From: Eledone cirrhosa
Taxonomy: Eukaryota
DNA length: 64,000 nucleotides
Assembly: GCA_964016885.1 (NCBI GenBank)
Contig: OZ024742.1
Location: 77,810,001-77,874,000, forward strand
Direction of reading: 5' to 3'
The translations under genes were made by a program, and so were the position numbers. The notes beneath the pieces were generated by a model. The model ran no database searches and was not told the origin of the DNA. It worked only from the letters and a program-made list of their open reading frames with translations. Below, piece after piece: positions 14,095 to 26,104 of the stretch (positions are counted from its first letter, which is position 1; each line of letters opens with the position of its first letter).

Positions 14095-16079
14095 TGTTGC
14101 GAAAAGCCGATAACAGCCGCTGAAATACGGGAGGCAATGATTAGCTGCACAAGGGGTAAATCGCCTGGTTTGGATGGTCTGCCCTTTGAACTTTACATAC
14201 AGATGCCAGACTTGTTCGAAGGCCTCTTGGCGGACGTCTACTGCAACTGGAATCAGAACGGGAGAATTCCCAGCTCTGTGAGCCTAGGAGCTGTGGCGCT
14301 TCTGAGAAAGGATCCGAACAAGGGGGATAACAGATAATTTCAGGCCCATAACTCTGCGAAACACAAAGTTCAATATTTTGGCCAATGTGATAGCAAAGAG
14401 GTTGGCGCATGTCGTTGGTGGTCTGGTGGGAGAGGCGCAGACGTGCGCCATTCCCGACAGATCCATCCACGACAACCTCCACCTCATGCGATATATCGTA
14501 GAGAGGGTAGCTAGGGGACCTGACACGTGTGGGTCTTTGATCAATTTGGATCAGTCGAAAGCTTTCGATAGGGTCGACCATCGTTACCTAGCCGTAGTCC
14601 TGAGGGCGGCTGGCTTTGGGCTCGTCTACAGAGGCTGGATCGCTGCCACGACAGCGACATCTGCTCTGTGGTGAGAGTTAACGGTCACCTTTCGGAATCG
14701 TTCAACATCATGCGCTCGGTCCGCCAAGGATGTCCCCTCTCGTCCCTCTTGTACGTATTGACTTTCGAGCCATTACTGCACAAACTGGGGACGTTGAGGG
14801 GGTTGCCGCGCAAACTAGGATGCGGAAAATCCGTGTCAGCATATGCGGACGATGTCACCGTCGTGGTGTCGAACGCCAAACACATCGAGGCGATCGGCAC
14901 TACACTAATAGAATACGAAGCGGTGACAGGAGCAATGATCAACCCGGAAAAGTCAGTGGGCCTGCAGCTCGGCACCTGGAGAGGCAGGTCCATGCCGTCC
15001 AACAGCGTCGTCGGGCCTGGACGGACGGACCGGTTAAATTGCTAGGGGTCTGGTTCAGTCCGGACCTCCAGACGGGGGACGAGGTGACGAGCAGGCTGGC
15101 TTCTATCACCCAGAAATGGGCGGAGAGGAAGCTATCCCTGAAAGATCGAGCAGAGGTGGCTAACGCGTACATCGCGTCCGTCATCTACTACTGCCTGACC
15201 GACGTACCTTGTCCTAAGCCGCGTCTGACTGCGCTGGAGCGTTTGCTCTTTCGCTTTTTGTGGAAGGGACGCGCTCCGATGGTCAGGCGGTCCATCTGCT
15301 GTCAACACCCACTACGTGGAAGGCTGGGCATGCCGTGGCTGATGATGCGCAGACACGCGCTCAGGCTAAAACAACTCCACCTCTTCCTCGACGGTGATCA
15401 GGTGTGGTCGCCGTTTGCTAGACGTGTCTTCCCCAGCTCGTCTCCTTGACGGAGCTGCAGTCCTGGGTCAAGCGAAGACCGAGAGGGAGCGCTTGGAGAC
15501 TGGAATGTCTTCAGGCACTCACAGCCCTCGACCAATCGGGCAATGTGATCGGTGGAAACTCCACCTTGGCGTTCTATTAGTGGAGGGGAAGAGCGACGAC
15601 GTACTTGGTGAAACTCTAGTTCTTCGTGTGGATTGCCCCGCCGTCTTCCTTTGGCCGGGAAGGGCAGGCAGGTTGTATCTGTCTGATGGCCATGGCGAAA
15701 GAGATAGTATGGTGGACACGTTTGAAAGGGCTGATACCCGGATTAACTTTTTCAAATTTCATTTGAAAAGGAAAATCAGGGTAGAGAGGGAAGTGCTCTC
15801 TTCCCAGCATTTTGTTGAAAGGTGGGTGAGAGAAGCAAGTATGGCCGAGTGAATGGGCCTACTCTGAGTATGTGTCTGTAAATTAAAGGTGGAAAACTGG
15901 GAGAGGGCACTTGTCCCTCCGAAGTCTCCCCCTTATTGGGGAATTTTTCATTGTTATTTTTATTACATCCCCTGTTTTTGTTTTTTTACACGCATAAATG
16001 CCCATTTGTACCGTCCTGTATTGTCCTGTACTGTCCTTAATGTCTACTTTATGTAAACCCTTGTGGTTAATAAAGAAAG

Positions 16080-16124
16080 TATTATTATTATTATTGTTGC
16101 TGCTATTGTTATTATTGTTGTAGC

Positions 16125-16215
<91 letters not shown>

Positions 16216-16238
16216 TGCAGCATCAGTAGTAGTAGTAA

Positions 16239-16296
<58 letters not shown>

Positions 16297-16319
16297 TGCA
16301 GCATCAGTAGTAGTAGTAA

Positions 16320-16389
<70 letters not shown>

Positions 16390-16412
16390 TGCAGCATCAG
16401 CAGCAACAGCAG
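16080..16412. repeat. Compound (ATT)n/(GTT)n/(AGT)n microsatellite
   Basis: Direct reading; source of spurious poly-L/V/S ORFs. Confidence 0.95.
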
Positions 16413-19400
16413 CGACTTTCGTAACCGAGCAATTTAGAAAACATCGTTCTGTACGTTTATCCTAGCTTCAAATTTTTTCCAATGAAATTCTGAAATTGTA
16501 TGTGATATGTTTGTTAAAAACCCAGCATACCCAGGGAATAGGATATTTAAAAACAATATTTTCTCTTGTTGGTGAAGAAACATCTATTTTCCCTGACACC
16601 TGCTGTTAGAAGACAATTATTTCGTATGAAATGTCATCAGAGTAATATAGCAATCATGCTTGCAATTACTCGCTGGTTGTCATTTATCAAAGAAAAAATG
16701 TTATTTTTTCAAGGTATTTTCAATTAAATGTTGCAGTAATATCACCATCAAAAATAATAACATAGCTATGAACAACTTCACTATCAGGGAAAACAATATT
16801 GTAACACAGATACCACTAGCCTCTGTTCCAATACTGGGTAAAAAGCTACCAAAAACGTCAGACTATAACGGCAACAATAATACGAATTCAACTCCCAGCA
16901 AAGATCTACCTACTACCTAGCGAACAAAAGCGGAAAGCAAACATATCAGAAGCAGGATGTTTCACTACAGCCGTGTAAAAGTATATCTGAAATGTTAAGT
17001 ACCCTACCAGAGCTATTTTTGGTGAAATAGTTTACAAGTATGTAAGGTTTAATATGGCACATGATGACGGCGTTGATATTTACCTCGGTTATGGAGGAGC
17101 TACATTATACACGCATACGAACTTCTCCGAGAAATCTTTATTATTGTTCTGAGTCGATGTTTAACAAAAATAGTGTTTTGCAGCGTGGAAGAAGTTATCA
17201 ACACGAGTTTAACTCTTAACAAATCTGGTCGGAACCTGCTAGTCCTTCATACCACTTCTGAGTCCCTCTCAAATAGCAAGAAGGAAGAGCAAAAAGAGAA
17301 TGTAAAATGGAAAATATTAACCATGAGAACAATAGGAAAGAACAAATGATCATCGCATCATTAGAAATAAATAGAATGTTAGACGGTATGGCAAGAAGCC
17401 GGCAAACCAGTTAACTATCAACACTACAACTACAACAATATCATTAAAATTTGCAACTGAAAATCACTTACGAAAGGGAAATTAACAAAGAGTAACAATA
17501 ACAAAAATACCGAACGACATCAAAAATAAGGGCAGCAGCACCTTGAACAAGATTAATAGCATCACTACAACTGACAAGGAAAATAACGGCAGCAGCAATA
17601 ACAATAATAAGAGTATATAGAAACAAACTTTACCAACTTCATTCTAAATAGCAAAATATCAATGTGTTGATGGGGCACATATCAAAGTCCAATGGTAAAA
17701 TAGAAACAACATTTTATGAACTCAACCGTTAAAACACTATAGATGACCCTCAAAATACATGAGGCAGGGTATTTTCATTTGCATTTCTCCAAAGACGGGT
17801 TTATCCTGCCATTTTGAAGACATTCTCCTAAAACCATAGCAGAATGCCGTAAATAGACTGGGACGTAAAAATATATATAACAAGGAATTAGCTTCGAAGT
17901 AAAGTTATTTTATTAATGTATATGTAAATGCTAATATGTTACCATCAGTGAGAACAGGATGCCCAGGATATATATCTTCGAACCCATCTTTAATGACTAC
18001 AAGATGTCTGCATCACTTATTCGGTGGTGATCCCAAAGCTAGTGCCGTTGTTTTTTCGGAATAGTTTCAAACTACTTAAATCGATGATCATCGTTAACCT
18101 AGAATGTAATCCTGTCGTGATAATCTTGAACAACAGTGAAACTTGTGCCTTAAGGAACATGATTGTTTATGCTCCGACAAAAGTAGTACCACCAGTTATG
18201 TCTATCATTCTTGGGACCATGTTGTTGGTAGATGCACACTGGAAATGCGCATTAGAAGCATGCTAGAAGTTAGGTGGATTTATTAAGATAAAAGAATGCA
18301 TCACAAACCTGCTCAAATAATTCCAAATCTCTTACTGATATCATATGAATTTCTTACATGAGGGAGTGTCGCTATGCATCATCGAGATTCATAAGCCTTC
18401 CCTATTTGAGTTATTTGTTAGATCATCTGACAAGCATTGTTAGATGTGTCCAAAGCTTAAATCATTCAGCTACACATACCACACATTTGTGATCTGCATA
18501 GTGATCTGCATGGTAAGAGAAGTTAAGGAACATAGAGTGTACCCGATATCTGAAGCTGAATATGTGATTCTTGCCACGCAAATCATACACAAAGGCTTGA
18601 ACTAATTAGGCTGTGCTTCCTATAGTAATCATTATCAGATGTCTTTTGCAGCGCACTAAAGAAACTTATAAGAGTTGAACCGACAAAGCTCGGGAAAGGA
18701 GAAATATTGCTTTGAAGATTTTAACCAAAGTGATGATAAATTAGTTGATGCTTATTGTCCGCATTATAGAGATAACTAATGGTTTTCTTGTGTTAGTTCT
18801 GGCTTCTCTTGTTGTTTAGTCCCTAGGTCAGCTGGTCTATGATCAAACATCCCATATTTGTACATATACATGAATGAATGTATTGCCCAACGTTGTTAAG
18901 ACAGGAAAATATAGTTTGAAGGAAATTTTGTTGGCATATTTCTGGCATGCTAAATGACTATATTGAGGTTACCTTGTTGGTGTATGTTAGCTGCGTTCAT
19001 GTATAATGCTATGGGAGTCGATGAGCTAATAAAGTCGGTTATCTTGCTTTCAAATTGCATGTGACATAATTATTGTATATTTTGAGTCATTGCTGCGTGG
19101 TAATCATGGTGTTTGCCGTGCAATCCTCTGATCATTTACTAATATAACCTCTTCAGTAATGACATTGAACTCAGCATTGAGTTCGTAAAAAAATGTTTCT
19201 TTAATTCTGCATGAATTTTCGTTGCTTTCTACAAACACTTAACGGCATCCTTCCCTAGTATTTGTATCATAACACGATGAAAGTATTCATTTATTAAAAG
19301 GTTCATGTCTTCAATAATATTTCTCACACGAAAATGCTATATGAAATATAGGGCTAACAGCAGAGTTGTCGTAATTGAAGCTAATGCTTTTGTTGTTGGC

Positions 19401-20610
19401 TAACCGTTGTCCACCCCCGGCATATCACATGTGATCATTCAATTCCAATCAAACATATATTGTTCGACTTTATGCAATATGTCTCCGCTTTATAGTACGA
19501 AATAGTGTAGATGTGTGAGAAATGTCACTGTTATACCTAGCCTTTAAGTTGTCCACGTAATATTTCTCTTGCTGTTTCGTATTGGGGGTAAATTTGTCAC
19601 CAGCTGTGTTTGAATGATAATTTCTCATTGTTGTAATGTTAATACAGGCAAGGATTGTCTCTGCGAAGGAAAAGTGTGATGTTATTCAGCGAAGAAACAC
19701 ACATGAAATAACATAAAAGTGACTAGTTTCTTTGTTAAAACAACACTTCACGATGAATAAAACTTATCGAAAGCATCATTTGTATTTTTTACTGCAGCTA
19801 GTTTGTGCTGGTGTTATTGGTGCTGTTATTATCTTTGCTGCTGCTATTGCCTTTTAGACTGCTCTTTTAACTTTTAGTATTATTTTCGTTTCCACCAGAA
19901 TGCTATCTCCATAGAAATTCCAACAAACGTCATTCATCAGGAGAGAAAAAGAAGTGATTCAAGTGAAATAAATAAATATATAGATGCACATATAAAATAT
20001 AATAAAATATGAAAATGCGTCCTTCATATTATTGATTAGTAAGGCCAAATGTCTGAGGTCTATTTCTCATTCACGTCCTTTTATTGGTCACTTATATTCG
20101 TGGGTTGTTGTGCTGCATTTGTTGTCAGATCCATTTTTTGTCCATTTCTCTACTGACGCAAAAGGTGTCAATTTACTATTTTTGTTCGCTGAGAATCTGC
20201 GAAAAGGGTATAATACTATCAAACATATAAAATAACCAAAAATGAATACACAAATTAACCTTCGCCATAAAGAAAAAATATATATATATGCTGATAAGAG
20301 TTGCTACCTATCAAGTGTTATGAATGAGTATTGATATCAGCACAAACAGATGAATAAGAAACAAAATACGAAAAAGGACTTCTCATTACAAAACAGTAAG
20401 GGCGACGATAATGATCACAGAGTTGTTGATAATATAAAAAAGGGGATGATGACAATGGTGTTGAAGACGACATAACTAACAAAAACATAAAAGGGGAAAA
20501 TAACATAAACATAAAATGACACAAACAACAAAAACAGCAACCAACATCGATACATCGATATTACTATTAATAATCTCAATAATAATAATAATAATAATAA
20601 TATCAATCTC

Positions 20611-20668
<58 letters not shown>

Positions 20669-21104
20669 TTCTTCCTTATTCGTCTTCCTACACGCAATAG
20701 ATACATAATACAGAAATCAGAATACACAGCATTAGAAAAAAGAAATACTTGGAAACAAGTTAAGGTCTCCAACCATAGAGACACGCAAACACACAATCTA
20801 TAATATAATAAAGGGAGGAGTGCAGGACAGCGTCCGTTTTATATTTTTTTATCCCGATAGTAAAATAAGTTGGATTACTTTGAATAAATAATGAATGAAT
20901 ATTATATAATTTATCTACATGATTAAACATACTTAATTTAATGTATTGCTTATCTCGAGATTCACTTTTTTTTAAAGTTTCAAATTTCAACTTCTGTTAT
21001 ATCACCACCACTCCAACTACTATATATATAGTCAGGACGAGAAAGAAAGAGATAGTGTGTGAAGAGAGATATAGAAATAGAGTGACTATGTGACACACAC
21101 ACAG

Positions 21105-21134
<30 letters not shown>

Positions 21135-21136
<2 letters not shown>

Positions 21137-21453
21137 TGAGTATATGTTGGTTGTTTACCGACACCTCAGTATGCAGATTGGAGCACTCGACGAAGTATGC
21201 AGGTTGGTTGGTTTACTCCGGAGTAATGTAAAATAATTAAGTCAAATATGTAAAATTTGGCTTCGTTGATGATAAATTATAGATATACTGCTATATATAT
21301 TTCGGTGGCAGCCATCATTGGCTGTGACCTCTTCAGGCAGTCCGAATTGGTGTGGTAGAGACAGGTACACATGTTGTTGAATGTGGTTTTACTCCGTCAA
21401 TACTCCGATATGTCCAGATCCGGGTTGCGTTGTTATTTCTCTGAGGGACTGTA

Positions 21454-21457
<4 letters not shown>
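21135..21457 (-). mobile_element. ~320-bp non-coding hammerhead-bearing element between (TA)n tracts
   Basis: Complex sequence bounded by (TA)n on both sides, with a central HHR motif. Confidence 0.55.
21287..21341 (-). ncRNA. Type I hammerhead ribozyme motif, canonical core
   Basis: Minus strand reads ACUGC-CUGAAGA-GGUCACAGCC aaugau GGCUGCCACC-GAAA-UAUAUA-UA-GCAGU. Stem I is 5/5, stem II is 8/10, stem III is short and palindromic. Confidence 0.8.
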
Positions 21458-21519
<62 letters not shown>

Positions 21520-21520
<1 letters not shown>

Positions 21521-21965
21521 TAATACTATTTGAAGCTATACAGCAGGGTCGCAGCGTTACCTCGGGTGATGGTGAGGCTGAGGTGCTGGAAGAACCAAGC
21601 ACCCTGATGAGCATCACCAGTTACCTCGGTTAGGCGAGCCGCCAGAAAATATAAGAACCTCGCAGTCAGTAGCCCCATTCCCCCAATCGTCTCGAACGCC
21701 ACAGCCTCGAAAATGTAGTTGCCCGTCAGATCACCGTATTTTAAAAGTTTCTTCCGTTCAGCTGCGGATACAGTATTTCCCGCCCTCACCGCTACATCCA
21801 GAATCAGCGAAGAAGCAAAAAGTCCCTAACTGTGGCGTCCCAGAAAATGCACCTGCCTCTTTACCATGGGCACAGGGTAAGACCGTCAGGTCTTCTTCCA
21901 TTAATTCTGGACAACCCAGACGTTTCCAAAATTAAGGGCATGTTTGCCCGGGCCAAAGCTCTTAA
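21520..21965 (-). mobile_element. 3' fragment of a CRE-like non-LTR retrotransposon (restriction-like endonuclease domain)
   Basis: GRRPDGLTLCPW*RGRCIFWDAT ... AERKKLLKYGDL ... AFETIGGMG ... LSLTITRGNAA; ends at (TA)n. Confidence 0.75.
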
Positions 21966-22085
21966 GTGGTAATAGGACAGTGGGTGTATGTGCACGCACG
22001 GAAGTTTGTCAGTGATCTTTAATTAGAGACGCGTGTGTGTATGTATATGTCATATATATATATATATAGAGATATATAGAGATAT

Positions 22086-22161
<76 letters not shown>

Positions 22162-22279
22162 ATCATATACATACATATGTGCGTAAGCCCTTCCTAGCTT
22201 TTACACACACATACATTCACACAAACACACACACACATTGTGTGACGGACGGATGGTCAGAAATTTATATATATGTGAA

Positions 22280-22850
22280 TGGAGTATCAGGTAGAAAAGC
22301 TCGAGTATCTCGTATTCACGAGTGATGGAATGCAGGAGGCTGAATTAAGTGTAAGAATTGCAATAGCTGATGCAGGAAATGCGCCAGCGTCAGTATTCAG
22401 TAATTAGAAGGGATGTAGGTGTAAAAGCCAAACTCGCTTTCTTCCTGGTATTCCTGCCAACCCATAACTATCGTCATAAATCTTAGGTAATGACCTAAAG
22501 AATGCGATTGCAAATACAAACGGCCAAAATAGGGGTCCTCTGAAGGGTCTTTGCAGTAACATTACATCATAAAGTGCGTAGCTTGGAGTTCAGAGTGTCA
22601 CTCCAGGTAGAGCCGCTACTTTTCCGGATTGAAAGATCACAGCTCCGTTACTATGGACATGTTGTTAGAATGTCTCAGGATAGAATCGCTGGACAGATTT
22701 TACAGGCCAAACAGGAGACCCACATGTAGATCCTCAGCAAGATAGTTGGATAACATCCATGAGCTTGGTTGGTCACGCTGGAAGGAGTGTTTGAGAAGGA
22801 CTCTGCCCCCACGACCCTCTCAGAAATAAGTGGGCGAAGAAGAAGATATT
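22280..22850 (+). mobile_element. Degenerate RTE-like LINE 3' fragment
   Basis: RIERSQLRYYGHVVRMSQDRI near 22625-22690; ends in GAAGAAGAAGA. Confidence 0.55.
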
Positions 22851-23750
22851 GTCAATTTACTTTTCAATTTACGTATATCTATATGCGGATGTATTTGCGT
22901 ATAATACCAATACGAACACTACATTTGCTAACAGAAAACCGCCTGATGGGCGGTTCTTCTGTTAGTATATATAATTGTTTCTACTTTTGGCACGAGGCCA
23001 GCAATTATCCCAGTGTATTACTGGTACTTTATTTTATCGACTGTTAGTATATATAATAATATGTAAAAGTATTCATGTAAATATGACATAAAGATAAATA
23101 TGTATATGTGGGCATGTATATATGTGTCTGTTTGTGTATGTATGTGTGTGTGTGTGTGTTTGCGTGTTTGAAGTTGTGAAATAGTACAAAATATAATGAT
23201 TGAAACGGGTGAGAGAGTGTGGTTCTATGTCAGTATTATTAACTCTTTCGTCTGAAGACTGCCAATCTATTCTTACCCTAATATGTCGTCCACCTTGTGG
23301 TCACAGTCGACAGAATGGAGAAGCTATTGCCCTGGAGGTTGGGGAGGAAGATATGTTGGAACAGTATACATTCGACTCCCTGGCCGAGTGTTGCATTGTT
23401 TCCTTGAGCAAGACATATCACTTTGTTGTAGAAATGTGAAACCTTATATAAAAAATCACACGCATTAAAACATCACAGATGCTAGGAATTATTTAGACGA
23501 TTTTAGTGAACTGTCAACCATTTAGTAAATGACTTGAGTACCAATAATTGAAGTTTTCGTATTCCTATCTCGTTAGGATCAATACGATCTAGATTAAATT
23601 ATACTACATTCAGCAATTGTATCATGTCCATTAATGGAAACAGAAATGAACATATATTCTTTCATTCTTTCTCTCTCTCACATTGTACTTCTCTCATATA
23701 TAAACACGGCCACACATAATTAGATAGATAGATTCAAACAAAATTATATC

Positions 23751-23831
<81 letters not shown>

Positions 23832-25644
23832 ATATAGATGAATATATTGATACCTATATATAAAAAGTTATGTATATGTACATATGCGTGTATGTATGGT
23901 TTTGGTAATATGTGTGCATTCATATTTTTTATATACATACTCTTATGTATCTCTATACACTGTCATGTGCTCCTATATGAATATATGCGTGCGTGATTGA
24001 TCTAGATCTTGTTAGACGGTCTAGTTTGAATTACAATTAAAATCTAAAATACTGACAAACAATACAACACATGTTGTGCCTATAGTGTAATGGTTTTCTG
24101 TGTAATGTAGGGCTCTGAGATAGGACAACATGTATCATTTCATACATTTTACGATTTGTTTTATCTCAAGGTTTACCATAATTAAAGAAAGATTTTACGT
24201 ATTACTTTAGCGACACGAAAATAACCGTCACCCATCGCTGAGTCTTTTTCCGATATAAACGTAGTTTTATATTCAACGTTATGAACACGAATTTAAGCCG
24301 CAAAAAAACAAAAAAACATTCACATTTACACAAATTGGGTCGTATACAATATAATAACATTTTACTCTGAATATCTAACCAGCTACCCTATTCATAATAT
24401 GGTTTAATTTCAGCCTGAACGCCATGATATAGATGCCCGTAAGATATATGTAATATGCCACAGGCTAAATCCGATAATGTGTTTTTGTTTTAAAGGAATT
24501 GCGTTTCAGATTGTTGGAATTATATTGCATTTAGCAGACAAACTATCTGGAAAAGTGAAATGAGTAATCGATTCGTTTTGGTCACAGGTTTAACTCGTGG
24601 GGGTGGAAAATGCAAAACTAATGAAATAACGGCAAAAGTGTAAAACTAATGAAATAAGTAACTAGATAGTAGAAGTGATTTGTGTAGGTGGTTTATTTTT
24701 CGATACGGATATATGAACCGTTGTGTGTAGATTAAGTAGTTGTCTGAAGAAAAGACGTAGCAATAGCCTTGCTAAGTTTGATAACTGCTTGCTTAGAATG
24801 TTTATATTGGTCAAGAACACGCGAGAATTTGTTGCATTTGAGAGATCCAGTTAGGCAATGATATTAACAGGTGAAATATTCATATGGAAGCATTGCGAGA
24901 AATAGGAGGAATTTGGTTAAGAGAAATCACTAATTCTGAGAAAGAGGGAGACGAAAGAAAGAGAGAGAGAGAGATTCGGACATATGCCGACAATGCAGCA
25001 TGAGAATTAGATGAAAAACCTCCGCAGTCGGATGTTATGTCGGAGAACAGTAGACAGATCAGATAACCATAGCAACATTTCAACTTCGTTATACATAAAT
25101 ATATAAGAATACAAGGCTAAAAAAATCAACTGCAGGGATGTCCATGTTTTGGAGGAATCTGAAAACACTTTCAAATTCCTATACCAAGTAATTTGATATA
25201 ATAATAAATTACGAGTGATTTTTTTACCTTCATCATAAAATGTTTTATATTTGAAGTGACCAAAAACTGCTTCAAGGGACTGTTTCAAGCATACATATAT
25301 ACATGCACACAAGCATAAATCACATATGCAGAGATATTTTAGTCACTCATAACTACCAAGTACTATGTTTAATGCTTAGTTTATTAGTTGCTATTTATTT
25401 AATGGTTAGATCCTTCTCAACTAAAGTAGCATAATTAGCATAAAGTATCTCGTCCTATGTATCGAATTATCGGAAACCTCTTATATATACAAGTATTTGG
25501 TTTAAAAAAGAGCCTAAACAGTTGAGATAGTGAGAATGAATTCTGATTTAATAGAGACACTTCTTTCAGAAATAAGTTGGCCTCTTAGATATAGGCTGTT
25601 ATTAAACTAACCAAGAAATGGATCACACTCCGAATTGATAATGA

Positions 25645-25855
25645 TTTCTAGTATAGGCACAAGGCCAGTGATTTTGGGAGGGGGGGTCGATTAATCTGCA
25701 CTAGTGCAATACTGATCATTTATTTTATCGATCCCGTAAGGATGAAAGGCAAAGTTAACCTCGGCGGGATTTTAACTCAGATCATAAAGGGCCGTAACTC
25801 TATGCTGCAAAGTATGGCGTCCGACCCTCTACCGATACTGCTAACCCATCGCCCT
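25645..25855 (-). mobile_element. tRNA-derived SINE (Meta-domain-like core)
   Basis: ttttatcgatcccgtaaggatgaaaggcaaagttaacctcggcgggattttaactc; related copies at 5958, 22985 and 62770. Confidence 0.6.
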
Positions 25856-26073
25856 GTGAAACTCAACAGGTGTGTGTGTTTATTTGCAATGTAACACGCC
25901 CAAAATGTAGCAATCTCTCTCTCTCTCTCTCTCCATATATAATTTTCTCACTTCTGCCACTGTTCATTGTCCTCTATTTCTTCTTTTTTTTCTCCAATTA
26001 AGTATATCAAGTGTAAAACTATGTTTTCATTGTACTATGTCTTTTACTTTGTCATTTCGGTTTACGTTTTGCT

Positions 26074-26103
<30 letters not shown>

Positions 26104-26104
<1 letters not shown>

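Larger units (their letters stand above)
11029..16079 (+). mobile_element. L1/Tx1-like LINE copy B, near full length (5' UTR, ORF1, ORF2, 3' UTR), inactivated
   Basis: ORF1 remnant with a zinc knuckle; ORF2 starts at ATG 12793. The 3' end TAATAAAGAAAG matches copy A. Contains stops, frameshifts and a ~280-bp deletion near 15620. Confidence 0.9.

Noticed and set aside
16044-16465. Poly-Leu/Val/Ser ORFs (also 10943, 20415-20803, 58459-58827)
   Set aside because: Trinucleotide microsatellite artefacts.
16615-16648. Minus-strand CTGATGA...GAAA spacing
   Set aside because: No stem II or stem I complementarity; chance match.
17640-17990. CVDGAHIKV and TGCPG pieces reminiscent of a PIF/Harbinger nuclease
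   Set aside because: Too short and too degraded to support a call.
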